Assembly (NCBI RefSeq): GCF_009914755.1
Contig: NC_060928.1
Direction: 5' to 3' (one strand)
Source: the human T2T-CHM13v2.0 reference genome, Homo sapiens
DNA length: 64,000 nt
A model generated the notes under the pieces. The model saw only the letters and a list, made by a program, of their open reading frames with translations. It had not been told where the DNA came from and searched no databases. Positions 12,894-26,284 of this stretch are shown in pieces. Within the stretch, counting starts at the first letter, position 1; every line of letters begins with the position of its first letter. Position numbers and translations under genes: made by a program.

Positions 12894-15800
12894 ATAAAGG
12901 AGAAGAAAAGACTAGGTGGTGTTTCTTTAAAGGCAGTTCTTGCTGTTGCTCTATGGGTTCACTTTCTCCCCAACCCCCAACCTTCTCAACCTTTCTCCAA
13001 CCTCTCCAGCCCTCCCCAGCCCTCCCCAGCCTGTGTCTCTGCCCTCCCCAACCCCTCATCGTCAGATGGTTTTAAGCATGTGGCTTCCTGAAAGCTGTGG
13101 GTCAGGAGGTAGCAGCAGGCCAAGTCTTCCTCCTTCGGCAGAAGGAGGAGCAGTGTGAGGTGCAAGTGGGCAGAGGCAGAGACTGAAAGTTCTTGAGGAG
13201 AACAGGTGTGAGGCCACAGGAAGCTCCACCAGGCACCTGGCTGCACAGTGACTTTTGCAGTGACAGTGCTTCAGCCTCCTTCCACGGGACCGCAGGATTC
13301 AAAATGGCATCACCTCCACTTCTGTCAATACATCCGCAAGAGGGCTAGCATTCAAATTAATGGCAGGGAGAAGATCTGCAGGATCCCCCTCACTGAGCCT
13401 TTCAATTAAGCATACTGATTAGATCTTAGATTTCCTTACCACATAAAAAGACGAAGAGTTTGCTAATGCGAGTGGTTTTTTTTCCCCCATTTTGACCCAG
13501 CCCGATGTTTTTAATTTTGCTGTACCCGGTAACCAAGTACGGATGCCGCACTGCTGCTGGAGCAGATGCAGGACACACGGGATGCTCCTTCTACCCGAGC
13601 CCTTCTCCAGGGTCAGGCCTGAGAAGTAGCACGACCTCTGCATGTTGTATTTGTCTCTGCCCATGAGGCAGTTTCAAAGGGATTACCATCAGTCCCCCTG
13701 AGAAGGGGCCATCATCTCTCTACAGTTGGCTCTTACTTCCCGCCCTGTGGACTGAAGCAGCCAGGTGGGTCAGGATTTGTACATCGTTTTTCTAGTCGTA
13801 AGTTAAGGTGCAAACAATTCCCCTTTCTACAACAGGTAAAAGAAAGAATATCAAGACGTTTATGTGTCTTTCATGACAATCACTGGAACAAACTTACTTC
13901 TCTTTCTCTCTGTGTAAGTCTTACAATGAGACTGCTTGCCAGGACATTTTCGGGCTAAATTCAAGTCCCTGGGGGGCAGATGTCTTAGAAACAGAGTTGC
14001 TGTGCCAAATATCAGCACAATGCCTTAGAGTACAAACAAATGACTTCGATCCTGAATAGAAAATCAATGTTAATAGTCTAGCTTCTTAACAGTCACTCCA
14101 AGGCCTAAATGGTTTGGTTTGATTCTACACAATTTATATGTAAAACTAATTACCAGAACTCTCTTATTTTTGCTATGTTGACTTGGCATAGGACACCTAA
14201 ATAATTAGTCATTTAAATTGGCCACAACAGGCTCAGAAAGTCTTGGGAGTGATGGGACGAATATACCCATGTCTTTGGAACTCATGATGTTGTAGGTATG
14301 CTACAAAAAACTGGAAGGACCATTTTTATCCAGTTGCTTCTGATTCCATCACAGAGAAACCATCGCAATTTGCCACGTATTTCTCCATCTTCTTTTGACT
14401 TTTGCATAATAAATGTACTGAGCGCAAGAGGTGAGGTGGGTCGGTATTATTATTAGCATTTTAGAGATGAGGAAGCTGCAACACAGAGTAGATCAACTTA
14501 GCCATGGCTATGGAAATGAACTCATATCCGAAACCTCCTAACTGCCAGCCCTAAGAAAATAGTGGTTAGGAATGGAAGTTCTGCAGTCAGGCTGCTTTAC
14601 GTAAAATGCTGGCCTTTATGTACTTAAAAAGGACAAGCTAGTCATTGTACCTCTTTGATCCTCAGTTTCCTCCTCCACAAAATGAGAGTATACTAGAACC
14701 ATCTCATCAGACTGTTGTAAGGGTTAAAGGAGATAAGGATGTGAACCTCTTAGCACAGTCAGTTTAATACATAGTGAAGAGAATATCCAATAACTTTATT
14801 ATTGTTGTTGTTACTCTGAGTACTACTACTACTGCTACTACTGATGAGGAAACTGAAGGTCAGATATTTGAGGGACTTCCATAAGGAAAGCCACACAGAA
14901 ACAGACCACAGCAAGGCCATTTTTCTCCTAGCTTTTGAACTCATTCCCTCGTAAGAACTCTTATTTCTTTTCCAAACACAAGTATGAATTCCCTCTGAAC
15001 ATCGTTGTTATTCAATTTAGTCTGTTTTCTAAGAATATACATATTTTAAAGCAGGATTAGCTGGCAGAAGCAGTCAAAAGGAGAGCTGGTTGGAGGATTC
15101 ATTCTAATACTGATTCTAACATAAAATTTAATACAGCTGAATGCATCAAAGTACAAGGGCTCTGTTTAGTTGGGTACCAAATAGTTCCAGCAAGATATTT
15201 TTACAAAGGGACACTCAAGCTGAAGCAACTTCAATCGCCCTAAAATATTATACCATTTGAGAATGAGTAGTCAGATTTGCCAGCAAACATGTCTGTAATC
15301 CTAAATCCATCACTTTAGTGGTGCTCATAGAACAAGGTCCAGATTTACTTTCCACTTGGTGTTCGTTCTGTTCATTAATTATATTCATATCTGCTTCTTT
15401 GAAGTTATTGAGACTATTGGAAAATGTAAAAGAAAGCTGTATTGATTTCAGTCTTATTATCATTCCATCTTTATTTCCTTCATCTATGAACTCTCAGGCA
15501 TGTTGAGTGACATGTGGTGGTGGGTATAGTATGTCAGGCATGGTGTAGGGCATTATCAACAGAGCCCAGGCGTCTCCAGATCTGGAGGGTTTAGATTTAG
15601 AGTGTCTGGATTGTATTCTACTAAAATCTCCACAGCCTTTCCTTTCAAAATCAATTTCAGTTGTCAAAAAAAAGGGGTGGGGGTGAGTCACTTTGAAATC
15701 ATATAGCTTATGATTATCATCTTTTTTTAAAGCTTATTACTATAATTTTTCTCCCAAGGGAGCTGAGTTGATTTATAACCCCACCCTTCTTATCTCAACA

Positions 15801-16093
15801 TGTGGCGGAGTTCAGAAGAGAATTAAAATTGGGGGATTTTTTCCCTCCAGGGAAAACTGATAGGCCATACCCCAACCTCATTTTCAAGTTCACTAGGAAC
15901 TTTTTAGCCCCTCGAATTTAGTTTAAAAATGCACATACAGCAAATAAACTCATATCTCTCCCCAAATTCACATATTTGCCCTGGGTACTTTAGAAATAAG
16001 GCCTATGAAGAGTCTTCACAACCGTGGACTGCAAACTCCACAACATTGCAAAATACACTTGGTAGAACACAACCTCATTGACAGCAAAGACTC

Positions 16094-16680
16094 TTTTTTC
16101 TTTTAACAATTTCAACTTTCGTTTTAGATTGAGGAGGTACACGTGGAGGTTTGTGACTTGGGTATATTGCATGATGCTGAGAATTGGGGTGTGATTGAAC
16201 CTATCACACAGGTGGTAAGCATAGTACCTAACAGGTAGTAAGCATAGCACCTAATAGGTAGTGAGCATAGTACCTAATAGGTAGTGAGCATTGTACCTAA
16301 TAGTGAGCATAGTACCTAATAGGTAGTGAGCATAGTACCTAATAGGTAGTGAGCATAGTGCCTAATAGGTAGTGAGCATTGTGCCTAATAGGTAGTGAGC
16401 ATAGTACCTAATAGGTAGTGAGCATTGTACCTAATAGGTAGTGAGCATAGTACCTAAGAGGTAGTAAGCACAGCACCTAATAGGTAGTGAACATAGTACA
16501 TAATAGGTAGTGAGCATTGTGCCTAATAGGTAGTGAGCATAGTACCTAATCAGTAGTGAGCATTGTACCTAATAGGTAGCCACCAGTGTCTAATGTTCCC
16601 ATTTTTATGTCCATGTGTACCCGATGTTTAGCTCCCACTTATTAATGAGAACGTGCAGTATTTGATTTTTTGTTTGTTTG
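16094..16680 (-). mobile_element. L1PA15/16-like 3' end fragment interrupted by a minisatellite
   Basis: atttcaactttcgttttagatt...gggtatattgcatgatgctgag...; resumes after the array with tttagctcccactta..tgagaacgtgcagtatttg. Confidence 0.88.
16216..16579. repeat. Minisatellite, 23-bp unit TGAGCATAGTACCTAATAGGTAG x16
   Basis: Counted directly: 16 head-to-tail units (the fourth is 19 bp), no spacers. Confidence 0.97.
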
Positions 16681-16684
16681 TTCC

Positions 16685-16797
16685 TGAAAGCAGGGATTCT
16701 TACCTGAGTTGCTCACTGTTGTATCCCAAGCACCTAGAACAGTGTCTGGCTTATAGCAGGTAATCAATACATATTTGGAAAATAAGTGAACGAATGG
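16685..16797 (+). mobile_element. L2 3' end
   Basis: tcactgttgtatcccaagcacctagaacagtgtctggc...aatacatatttg. Confidence 0.75.
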
Positions 16798-19295
16798 GGG
16801 AAATAAGAGAAAGTTGTAGTTAAGAGCCAGGGCTCTGGGATCAGAGACAGACAGACCCGAGTTCAAATGATAACCTGCCACTCATAAGCTTCGTGACCTT
16901 GCTCAGCCTGTGTAGCTACAGCACCCTCATCTGGAAAATGGGCCTAAGAAGGGGGCCCACTGTTTCAGATTGCATGAGTCCACACAAGGAGAAGACTTAT
17001 GGGCTTTTGAGAACATAAATTCTCAATAACTGGCTCATGTTCTTCTTCTTCTTGTGATTCTTCCAGATTGGTTTTGAAGGTCCCCTTAAATCCAAATATT
17101 AGCAGTTCATGAAGCATAACCTGTCTTCCAAAACTGTGCTTCACATCAACACCTAGGAAGTGACCCTCACCCTCAGTGAGGGATGAGTCCCCTGTCTCAC
17201 TCAGCGTGTTGGCAGTGGTGGGAGCAGCCTGTTCTGAGTCTCTGGGCCAGGTTTCATATCACTCCTGAACTAAGGTCTGTGTCACGTCATCCCAGGCACA
17301 GTAAAGAGAGAGGAAGAAACTATTTTCAGCTTGAATGACTGATGACCTGGGATTATTATTCTTTGGGTTCCAGGACACAGTGCTCTTATTATTTACAGAG
17401 AGCTTTCATTTATTTTTTCAATGTTGAAAGCTCATGCCAGTACGGTCGTCTGAAACCTCATGGCAGCATATATAGGAGATGATCATATTCCATTCTTGGT
17501 TCCTTTAAACAGGGTGCTACTGTTGCAGAAAGGAAGTTCCAGAGGTAACTATTCCCCTGTGACTCTAATGTGGTCAGCGAAACTGTCTTATGCAAAGTAG
17601 GCTTTGAAAAGGCTTTTGCTGGCTGAAATATAGGAGCTGCCATTCCCAGCTGCTTGTTTGTCCATCCTGGCCAGCATCCTGCTTCTCACCAGTGCCAACA
17701 GCTGATATGCCAGAAGAAGACAGATCTTTCCTTGAGCTCCCTTCCCATGAACCAAAAGAAGCATCCTTCTCCTACCTCTTAGGCCTTTTACGAATAGACT
17801 CAGGAGTGAGATGTGGGCATGGTGAAAATTGAACGACAGAAAACCACTGTAGCACACATGTGCTGGGAATGGCAATCAAAGTTTCCAGGAGGGTCTGACG
17901 ATCTGGTTTGATGGGTTCAGGGGATGAAAAATCAATTGCTTAACAGGGGTGAAGTGGGTTTCATAAGGAGGGAAGAGGGCAGTTGTAAGGCAAAAATACC
18001 TGGGGAGGGGTAGAGACCGAAGCAAATCTCCAAGTGAATGTTTTGTCCAGAGGGGACAGCCACTACTCAATTCTAACTGATGTTAGGTGTGATTCAAGCC
18101 CAGTGTGGCCAGATTTTTTTTTTCTTTCTAGAGAAGACAACAACCTTTTTTTTCTGTGAAATCTCTGAAACTGTAAATATTTGCAACATATTTATTATTT
18201 TTAAGCCATTTGTAGACCAAAGAAAACATATCTCTGGGCCTTCAGATTTCCCTGCAATAAACATTCACTCTACAATTATTTGCTGAGTACCTACGATGTG
18301 CCTGGCACTGTTTTGGGAGCCAGCAGATATAAAAATGCAAAAGACATGGATCGTGTTTTCAAATCCTTCGTTAAGCAAAGGAGAGAGACAGAAGCAGAAG
18401 CAGATGTAATAATAAGTGCTGGAATGGAACTAAAGGCTATACATCCACAGTAAAGGAAAGGGCAATCTCAGTTTCTGAGATTGGAGGTCTGGAATCACAA
18501 GAAGCGTTTTATCTCCTAGAGAGGTGGTTGCGGGGAAGGCATCAGGGAGAGAGGAAACAGCATTGCCAAAGGCATGCAGGGGAACACTGCACAGCACATG
18601 CGAAAACCAGGAGTGACCTTGTGGGGCTGCTGTGCAGGGCAAGTGGCAGGTGGGGAGGCTGGCTCTGAAAAGCCCCCACCTCCAGGCACCTTGCATTCTC
18701 CAGATCTTCGTTTTAACTGGTGGTGCCTGACTTTTCTGGGTCTCAGGTTGATCCAAGAATGGCAGAATACACTTCCATTTACCTCCGACACTCTCTGTGG
18801 AGTGTGACAGCTGAGGATCCAGGCACCATGGCAGTCTAAAAGTCTGCTGGGGACCCCCGCATGGATATGCTCTCCTTTATCCATGGCCGGCACACATCTG
18901 CAGCCGCTCTGTCTTGATTCACTGTCTGCACCTCTCATCCCATTGTAACTGTATCCGTTCAGCATCTGGGTGCTTCAATACCTATCCCTACTCAGCATCT
19001 GTTTACAGTTGAATACGTTGAATGGCAGCAGCACTGATTTCACCAACAGCTAAATTTTTAACATTAGGTAATTGGTTATCTTTCCTCAAACTTACACATC
19101 TGCCAAATCCATATGGGCGTCCTTAGTAATCTGTGAATATAATTCAGTTTTGCTGGCACTACCTAATATGGTGCCTGTCTTTTGTTTTTTAAAGACTTGC
19201 CTTTATCCTCCTAGTCTGAGTTGTACAGGTCATCAGACAACTATCCTGATTGACAGAGAGAAATATTGCCTTTTTTCTACATGAGCTGTAACTAT

Positions 19296-19492
19296 GGGGC
19301 AGCATAGCATGGTGGTTAAACTTCTGAGTCTGGTGATAGGATTCAAATCCCAGCTCCATATCTGAACCATTGTGGTCACTTTACCTCTCCATGTTTGTTT
19401 ACCATGCAGTACCTCATAGACTAAATGAGTTAATATAAGCAAAACACTTAGCACCTGACACACAGATGTATATGAGCATTAGCTATTATTAT
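19296..19492 (+). mobile_element. MIR SINE
   Basis: gggcagcatagcatggtggttaa...ttcaaatcccagctc...aaacacttagcacctgacaca...ttagctattattatt. Confidence 0.75.
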
Positions 19493-20584
19493 TAGTGATA
19501 TTATTATTTCCAATGGTCCCAAATTGATAGAGGAGAACAGCTTTTTTAAAAAAAATTATATCTTCGACTGGGCCATATCCTTCTCCAGCTCTATATTTGA
19601 ATTGTGCAATTTTTGTAGGGGAACAGAGTAGATTAGATAAGGTTTAAAAACCTTTTCTTTTAAGCAGACAGACATTCATGGGTATAGAATATTTTTTTCT
19701 TCTTTGTATTAACTGCTATGTGTAATTCTAGAATTTATCATCAAATTGGCTAGAATACGTTTTCCCTAGATTGAAGTAATAATAATCTCATTTGCCCCAA
19801 CTCCAAAGCCCTTTGAAGTTAAACATTGAGAGGAAGAATGGTGGGGCCACTCAGCAGAGATTAGATCTTGTTTTAAACACTAGCTGCTCTGAGAATAATT
19901 TCCTTAATTAATATTCACAAGATATCATACACTTGAGACTATATTTTCATGTAACCTACTTGCATGTAATTGTTCGCTAAGGCTCTTCACTTCATTTGTA
20001 TCTTCCTTTTGTGTCAGTATTCAACAAAATCATTTCCATCTAAAAGCAGTGCTGAAGGGGGTGGAGGTTCATTGGGTCTCCCCTTCCGTGTGAAAGCCAG
20101 CACACATGGGCTTTCATCTCATTTCTAAAGTTAATATTGTTTTGTGCTTATTCCTGTTCTTAACTAGATGCACATAGCTCCCAGACTTGCTCTCCTTTGT
20201 GGACTCAAGCCCTGAACATGTTCAGGTGTTGCCTTCTTGTCAGTCTCATGTTACAGGGTGAAGAGCTTATCAAAGCACCCTGGAGTGTCAACTGGCCAAA
20301 GAGTCTTAAAACCCTGAAGTAGCCACATTTGCCATCAGTAACAGCATCTGAGGGGATCAGTCTGGGTCAGGAAACCAAAGATTGTCAACTTAAAGGACTT
20401 TAGGTTATTCAGGAGTCAGCTTGCCCAAAGGTCAGTGAAAGGAGCTAAGATAACTTGGAAGGAAATCTTTCTATATGAAGCCTTGTCAGTTTTGCATATT
20501 TCTCAGAAGAAATTTAAAAATTAAAAAGTTATCTTTTACACACTTTTGTTTAAGTTTAAATAAATTTGCTAACTGTTTAAGGTC

Positions 20585-20949
20585 TATCTGTTAGTCTATT
20601 TTTTGCTGCTATAACAAAATGCGACCGGCTGAGTAAATTATAAAGAACAAAAGTTTATTTGGCTCACAGTTCTGGAGGCTGGGTAGTTCAAGAGCATGGC
20701 ACCAGCATCTGGTGAGGATCATCCCATGGCAGAAAGCAGAAAAGCAAGTGAGTGTGTGAGACAGAGAGAGAACAGGGGCCAAAATCATCCTTTTAGGAGG
20801 AGCCCACTCCCATGACGATGGCATTAATTCATTCATGAGGGCAGAACCCTCCTGATCTAATCATCTCGTAAGAGTCCCAACTTATCATACTGCCATAATG
20901 ACAATTAAATTTCAACATGAGTTTTGGAGGAGACATTCAAACCACAGCA
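20585..20949 (-). mobile_element. MaLR solo LTR (MSTC/MSTD-like)
   Basis: gctgctataacaaaat...tttatttggctcacagttctggaggctggg...tttcaacatgagttttggagg..acattcaaaccacagca. Confidence 0.85.
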
Positions 20950-21102
20950 GTCTCCAACCAGTGACTTTCCTACATTTGCAAATGCTTTTAAAGCAAAACA
21001 ACATCCTCACCTCCCTCCATATACAACAAGCAGAAATACTTTTTGCTCGCTTGTTTTGTTTTAGTAACAAGTTGGGTGCAATTTTTAAAATAGCTGACTA
21101 CA

Positions 21103-21449
<347 letters not shown>

Positions 21450-22119
21450 TCAATAATTGAGTACTTAATAGCTCTTAGAACAAATTACATTAACAATTAT
21501 AATGCTACAAAATACTTGAAAAGTATATATGGATACTATATATGTTATTGTATATGTTGAAAATGGTATATACTATATGTTTATAAAAATATACTATACA
21601 TACATACACACACATCAATGTATTCATACATATCTTTTTTTCTCCATAGATTCAGTAATTGCAAGACCAAATTTCTTTACTGCTGATAGATTGTTTATAA
21701 AGTCTTACCATGGGAGGGTGCCAAATATTTTCAAGATTATTTTGCTTTTTTTTTTTGTAACTTCCTGATTGCTATGTATAACTGAAGAAGCAGAGTATCT
21801 GCTAATAATTCTTTTTTTTTTTGAACCATTATCAATCCAGCAATCCGGAATTTGCCTGCCTGGTGGACATGATCTACACCCAGCTGACATTCATCACTGT
21901 CCAAGTTGGTATCATGCTCTGGCAAAGAGTCTGTGCTTCTTGTTGCAGGTCTCCTGAAGCTTCCCGTGTTAGACCCTGGTCTCTTTTCTGTGACAGGATC
22001 TCCTACCATTCGCCTCCATGCCTGTTGAGATAGTCCTTCCATCATTGCAGACCTGTCCAGATAAACGTTCAAATATAAAGTGCAAGATAGTTCACAAAAT
22101 AAGAAAATAAGTACTGAAA

Positions 22120-22865
22120 CTTATGCAACATTATCTGTTCAGCCTCACTCAACTGAGATACATTTCACCAACCAGATTGTCAAAGATTAAAATGTTTGAT
22201 AGCGCAAAACAGGGGAAAGTGTGGGGAAACAGGCAGTCTTCTATGTTGCTGGGGAGAGCATAATTGGTACAACCCCAGTGAAAAGCAATTTGGCAACATA
22301 ATTAGAATAATAACTGCATACGTGTTTTGACTAGTGATTCCATTTCTAAGAATGTATCCCGTAAATACATTCTCACATGAACTAGATGATGTAGCTACTA
22401 GATTATTCAATAAAGCATTATTTGTGATAGAGATTGGAAGCCACTTGGATGTTCTAGAATAAAGGGCTGGTTAAACAAACAGTGAGGTATCTGACCAAAG
22501 GACTACCATGCAGCTACAGAAAGAGAATGGGACGTTCTTTTCTGTTACGGAGGATCTCAAAGATTTCCTCATAAAGGGGGAACAAGGAAGGGTAAAAGTA
22601 TCCACTATTTAAGTGAAAAGGGTGAAAGTGTGAGTGTGAGTTGGGATATAAATACACAGTTTCCTGTATGTATACACAGCATGGTTGGAAGGATTCTGAA
22701 GGAACTAGTATACTCATTCCTAGGGTGGGGAAATAGTGTTAGGTGGCTTTGAGACAAGAAGGGAAAAGAAACTGTCACTGTATACCCTTTTTGTTATTTC
22801 AGAATTGTGAAATCTATAAAAGTATGAGCTACACAAAATAATAAATGAAATAAAATAAAAATAAA
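22120..22865 (+). mobile_element. L1ME-like 3' fragment
   Basis: Degenerate ORF2 C-terminus and 3'UTR (gcataattggtacaacc, gcaatttggcaa, attccatttctaagaat) with A-rich end. Confidence 0.65.
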
Positions 22866-25800
22866 ACCATAAACACCATATATACCTCTTGAAAGCTCAT
22901 TTGTCTGATGTACACATTATTTGAAGCATAGCAAAACTAGAGAAATTAGAGTACAGAAATAAAAGTTATTAAAGAACTTGGGAAAAATGGCTGTAAGAAT
23001 TGGAATCAGCTTCTGAAATAATAGGTCAGGGAAAGGTTTAATAACAGTCTTGAAATATCAACAAGTCAGTTGGGATGGACAATGAGTTACTGTTCTCCTT
23101 TGCTAGGTGTTAATACTAAAGTTTTGACTGAGAAAAATGTAGATGTGAAATTCCAAAGAAGTGAGGTACTAGATTATCACTTGCATATTTTCTAAAGGCA
23201 AAAAAATTTAAGAATTGCTCTACAATCAATCAGAGGTCCTGGAGATGGAAGACAGGGTTAGCTTGGCTCTGTTCTCTGGGGAAATGACGAAGACAGGAGA
23301 AGGCCGGTGAATGGCTTTGATGGTAGATTCAGGAATGTGATGCTGAATTGGAAATAAACTGCACATTAATTTCTCAGAGTAAAGGGTGCCTGAGTGTTTC
23401 TCAGGGACTAGATTAGGGCCACATAGGAGAAGAGGAGCGCACTGAAGCCTTCCCAAATCCTGCAGAAGAAGACTCCCGCTGCGGGCTCCTGAGGGGAAGG
23501 CTGCCAGAGTGGTGTGGAGGGAGGGCCCCAGGGATGGAAATCTTGGAAAGGGTGAACGTCAATCTTCTGTAAGTGCCAGACAGCACAAAGCCATCTAACC
23601 AAAGAAGGACTGTTCCACCCACTTTCCTGTCCTATCTTGCCCCTCTGTCACCTGGCTGGGGTCTGTACCAGACTAGAAGTAGGGGAGGAGGTGAGCAGAA
23701 GCTGGCCACATCCTCCTTTGCCCCCAAGGCAGGAGCCACCAACTGCAGGCCCCAGCAAGAAGGAAAGAAAGGTGAGGTCTGGTCTTCAATTGAAAATTGA
23801 AGAGTTGATTATTATCTTCGAACACATTCTCTCTGCTGATTTGAGACTTTAAGACAGCTTGTTATCTAAGAGTGAGCAGAAAAATCATGGGGCCTGTTGA
23901 ATTTTCCTCAAGTGGCAGGGGAATAAATTTTAAAAGAGACAAGATTAAAGGAAACAAAAATGTTAAAGGAGACAATTTTAATTAAGAAATAAGAATAAAG
24001 TCAAGTTTTGGTCCTCTACCACAGATCATGTGTCCAATGCTGTAGGAGATTTTTTTTCACAAAACCAAAATAGCTTAGTTTAAAGTGCATTCAGGAATAG
24101 GAAGGCAGATTGGACATCACAGAGAACTTCATCGCTCTAAATTTGCAAAATGTGAATTTGCTTACTATGTGAGATTGTGGTACCTTTTTTGTTTTTTAAA
24201 GACAAAACTTTACCAATACTATTTTCTTTTCCTTTCTTTATAAATTTTTAAAGGACATTAAAAGGTTAAAAAGAGTTGATTTAAGAAAAATTTAAAATAA
24301 AGAATAAAACAAGTAAAGAGTTGGCATAATTTGTGAAGATGGGATGTAAATTAACTTAGGAAAACACTTTTCTAAACAGGGTTGTGGAAAAGTCAGAAAA
24401 TAAAATGCTATGCAATGATATTCCAAGTTACCATTTGGAAGAATTCTGTAGAATTATCTTTAGCTAAAGTGGTTTTTTTTATGATTGGTCCAGAATAATC
24501 CATAGATTTGTAACATTCTTCAAAATGATAATTCAAATCAGTTGGATCTAAAGACAAACTCAAAATAAAGGCAGGAGGCAGCAGTGTAGAACTCAAAGTG
24601 AAAAAGGCAAAGTCTTAAAAATAAAAAGAGAAAAGTTGAAAGAACAAAAGGAAGCAAGGAAGAGAAAGAAAGAAAGTCACAAAGAAAGAGAAAGAAAGGA
24701 AGAGAAAGGAAGAAAGAAAAAAGGAGAAAGAAAGGGTTACATACAATAAGATATAGTTTGTGAGCACTCTGGGTCCTTAATTTTACTTTGATGGTTCTGT
24801 TAGCTCAGAAAACACTTCGATTTGCAATCTTGGTTTAAAATATTAATTAAGCTCTTCTGACTCCATAATTCTGGGCCTCTAATACACAGGCATTATTCAG
24901 TTTTCCCTGTTATGCATTAGAAGGTACAGACACTATGATTTTATTTAGCTAATTTCAAGATTAAAGATTTCCTTAATTGTAGTCTTCCGCTAGTTCTTTG
25001 TAGTTGTTGAAACTGCATGCTTGATTGCTCAAGGGAAAACTTGTACTATTTAAGGCCCTGTTAAGTGAAGTAAACCATGGGCTTCCACTTCTAGGAAGAT
25101 AGAGTAGATGCACTTCTCCCTGTTCCTCCCACTAAGTACAGCTAAAGGCCCTGGGCTTAGATATATGTTTGTTATATATGTAACAAACATGAGGAGACTC
25201 TGAAAGGTGGAGACAAGAAGGTAAAACTGCTAAGGGGTTCAGTACCCTAGAAACAACACAGTGGTGATGTTCCTGCCTCATACATTCTAGACTTGGAGCT
25301 GAAGAAGTTGGTAACTGGAAACATCAATGAGTACAGAAAAAAAAAAAGCCTCAACAAAAGTTAACTCTTTCTAACCAATGGACCAGGAGTAGGGCAGTGT
25401 AGCAAAGCACTAAACTTTTAGACAATGGCTGCTGTGCTCCAGCCAAAAAAAAAAAAAAACACAGAAAAAATTATGGCCCCTGCCCAATCCCCAACAGCAA
25501 GGGCTGAATGGAGAGCCTAGATTTCCACCTTTGCCAGGCTGGAATGTAATGAGATGCCCTGACTTCCAGGCAGGATATCAGAGAAGGTCAAGCAGTGAGT
25601 CACATCTTCACCACTGCCCAGACATAATGAGACCACTACCCCCAGCGGTGTCAGTGGAGGCCACAAGGGAAGCAGTAAGGACATATCCCTTTCCCTCCCA
25701 GCCTCTCGAGGCCTAGTGGGGTGGGGGTAGCAAAATTCCCACCTGTGTCCAACATAAATGAGATGCACTCCCATCTCAGGTGTCAACAGAAGCTATGAGG

Positions 25801-25904
25801 GGAACCTGGCTATGCTGTCCCACCTGGCAGTAATAAGAGTGCTCCCTCTTCCTCTGCCAAAGCAGTGTCACTGGAAGCTGAAACAGAAGGTTTAATAAGA
25901 TTCA

Positions 25905-26284
<380 letters not shown>

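Noticed and set aside
16216-16579. Palindromic 23-bp repeats superficially like a CRISPR array
   Set aside because: Units are head-to-tail with no unique spacers, derive from an L1 3'UTR, and the DNA is primate with no cas genes.
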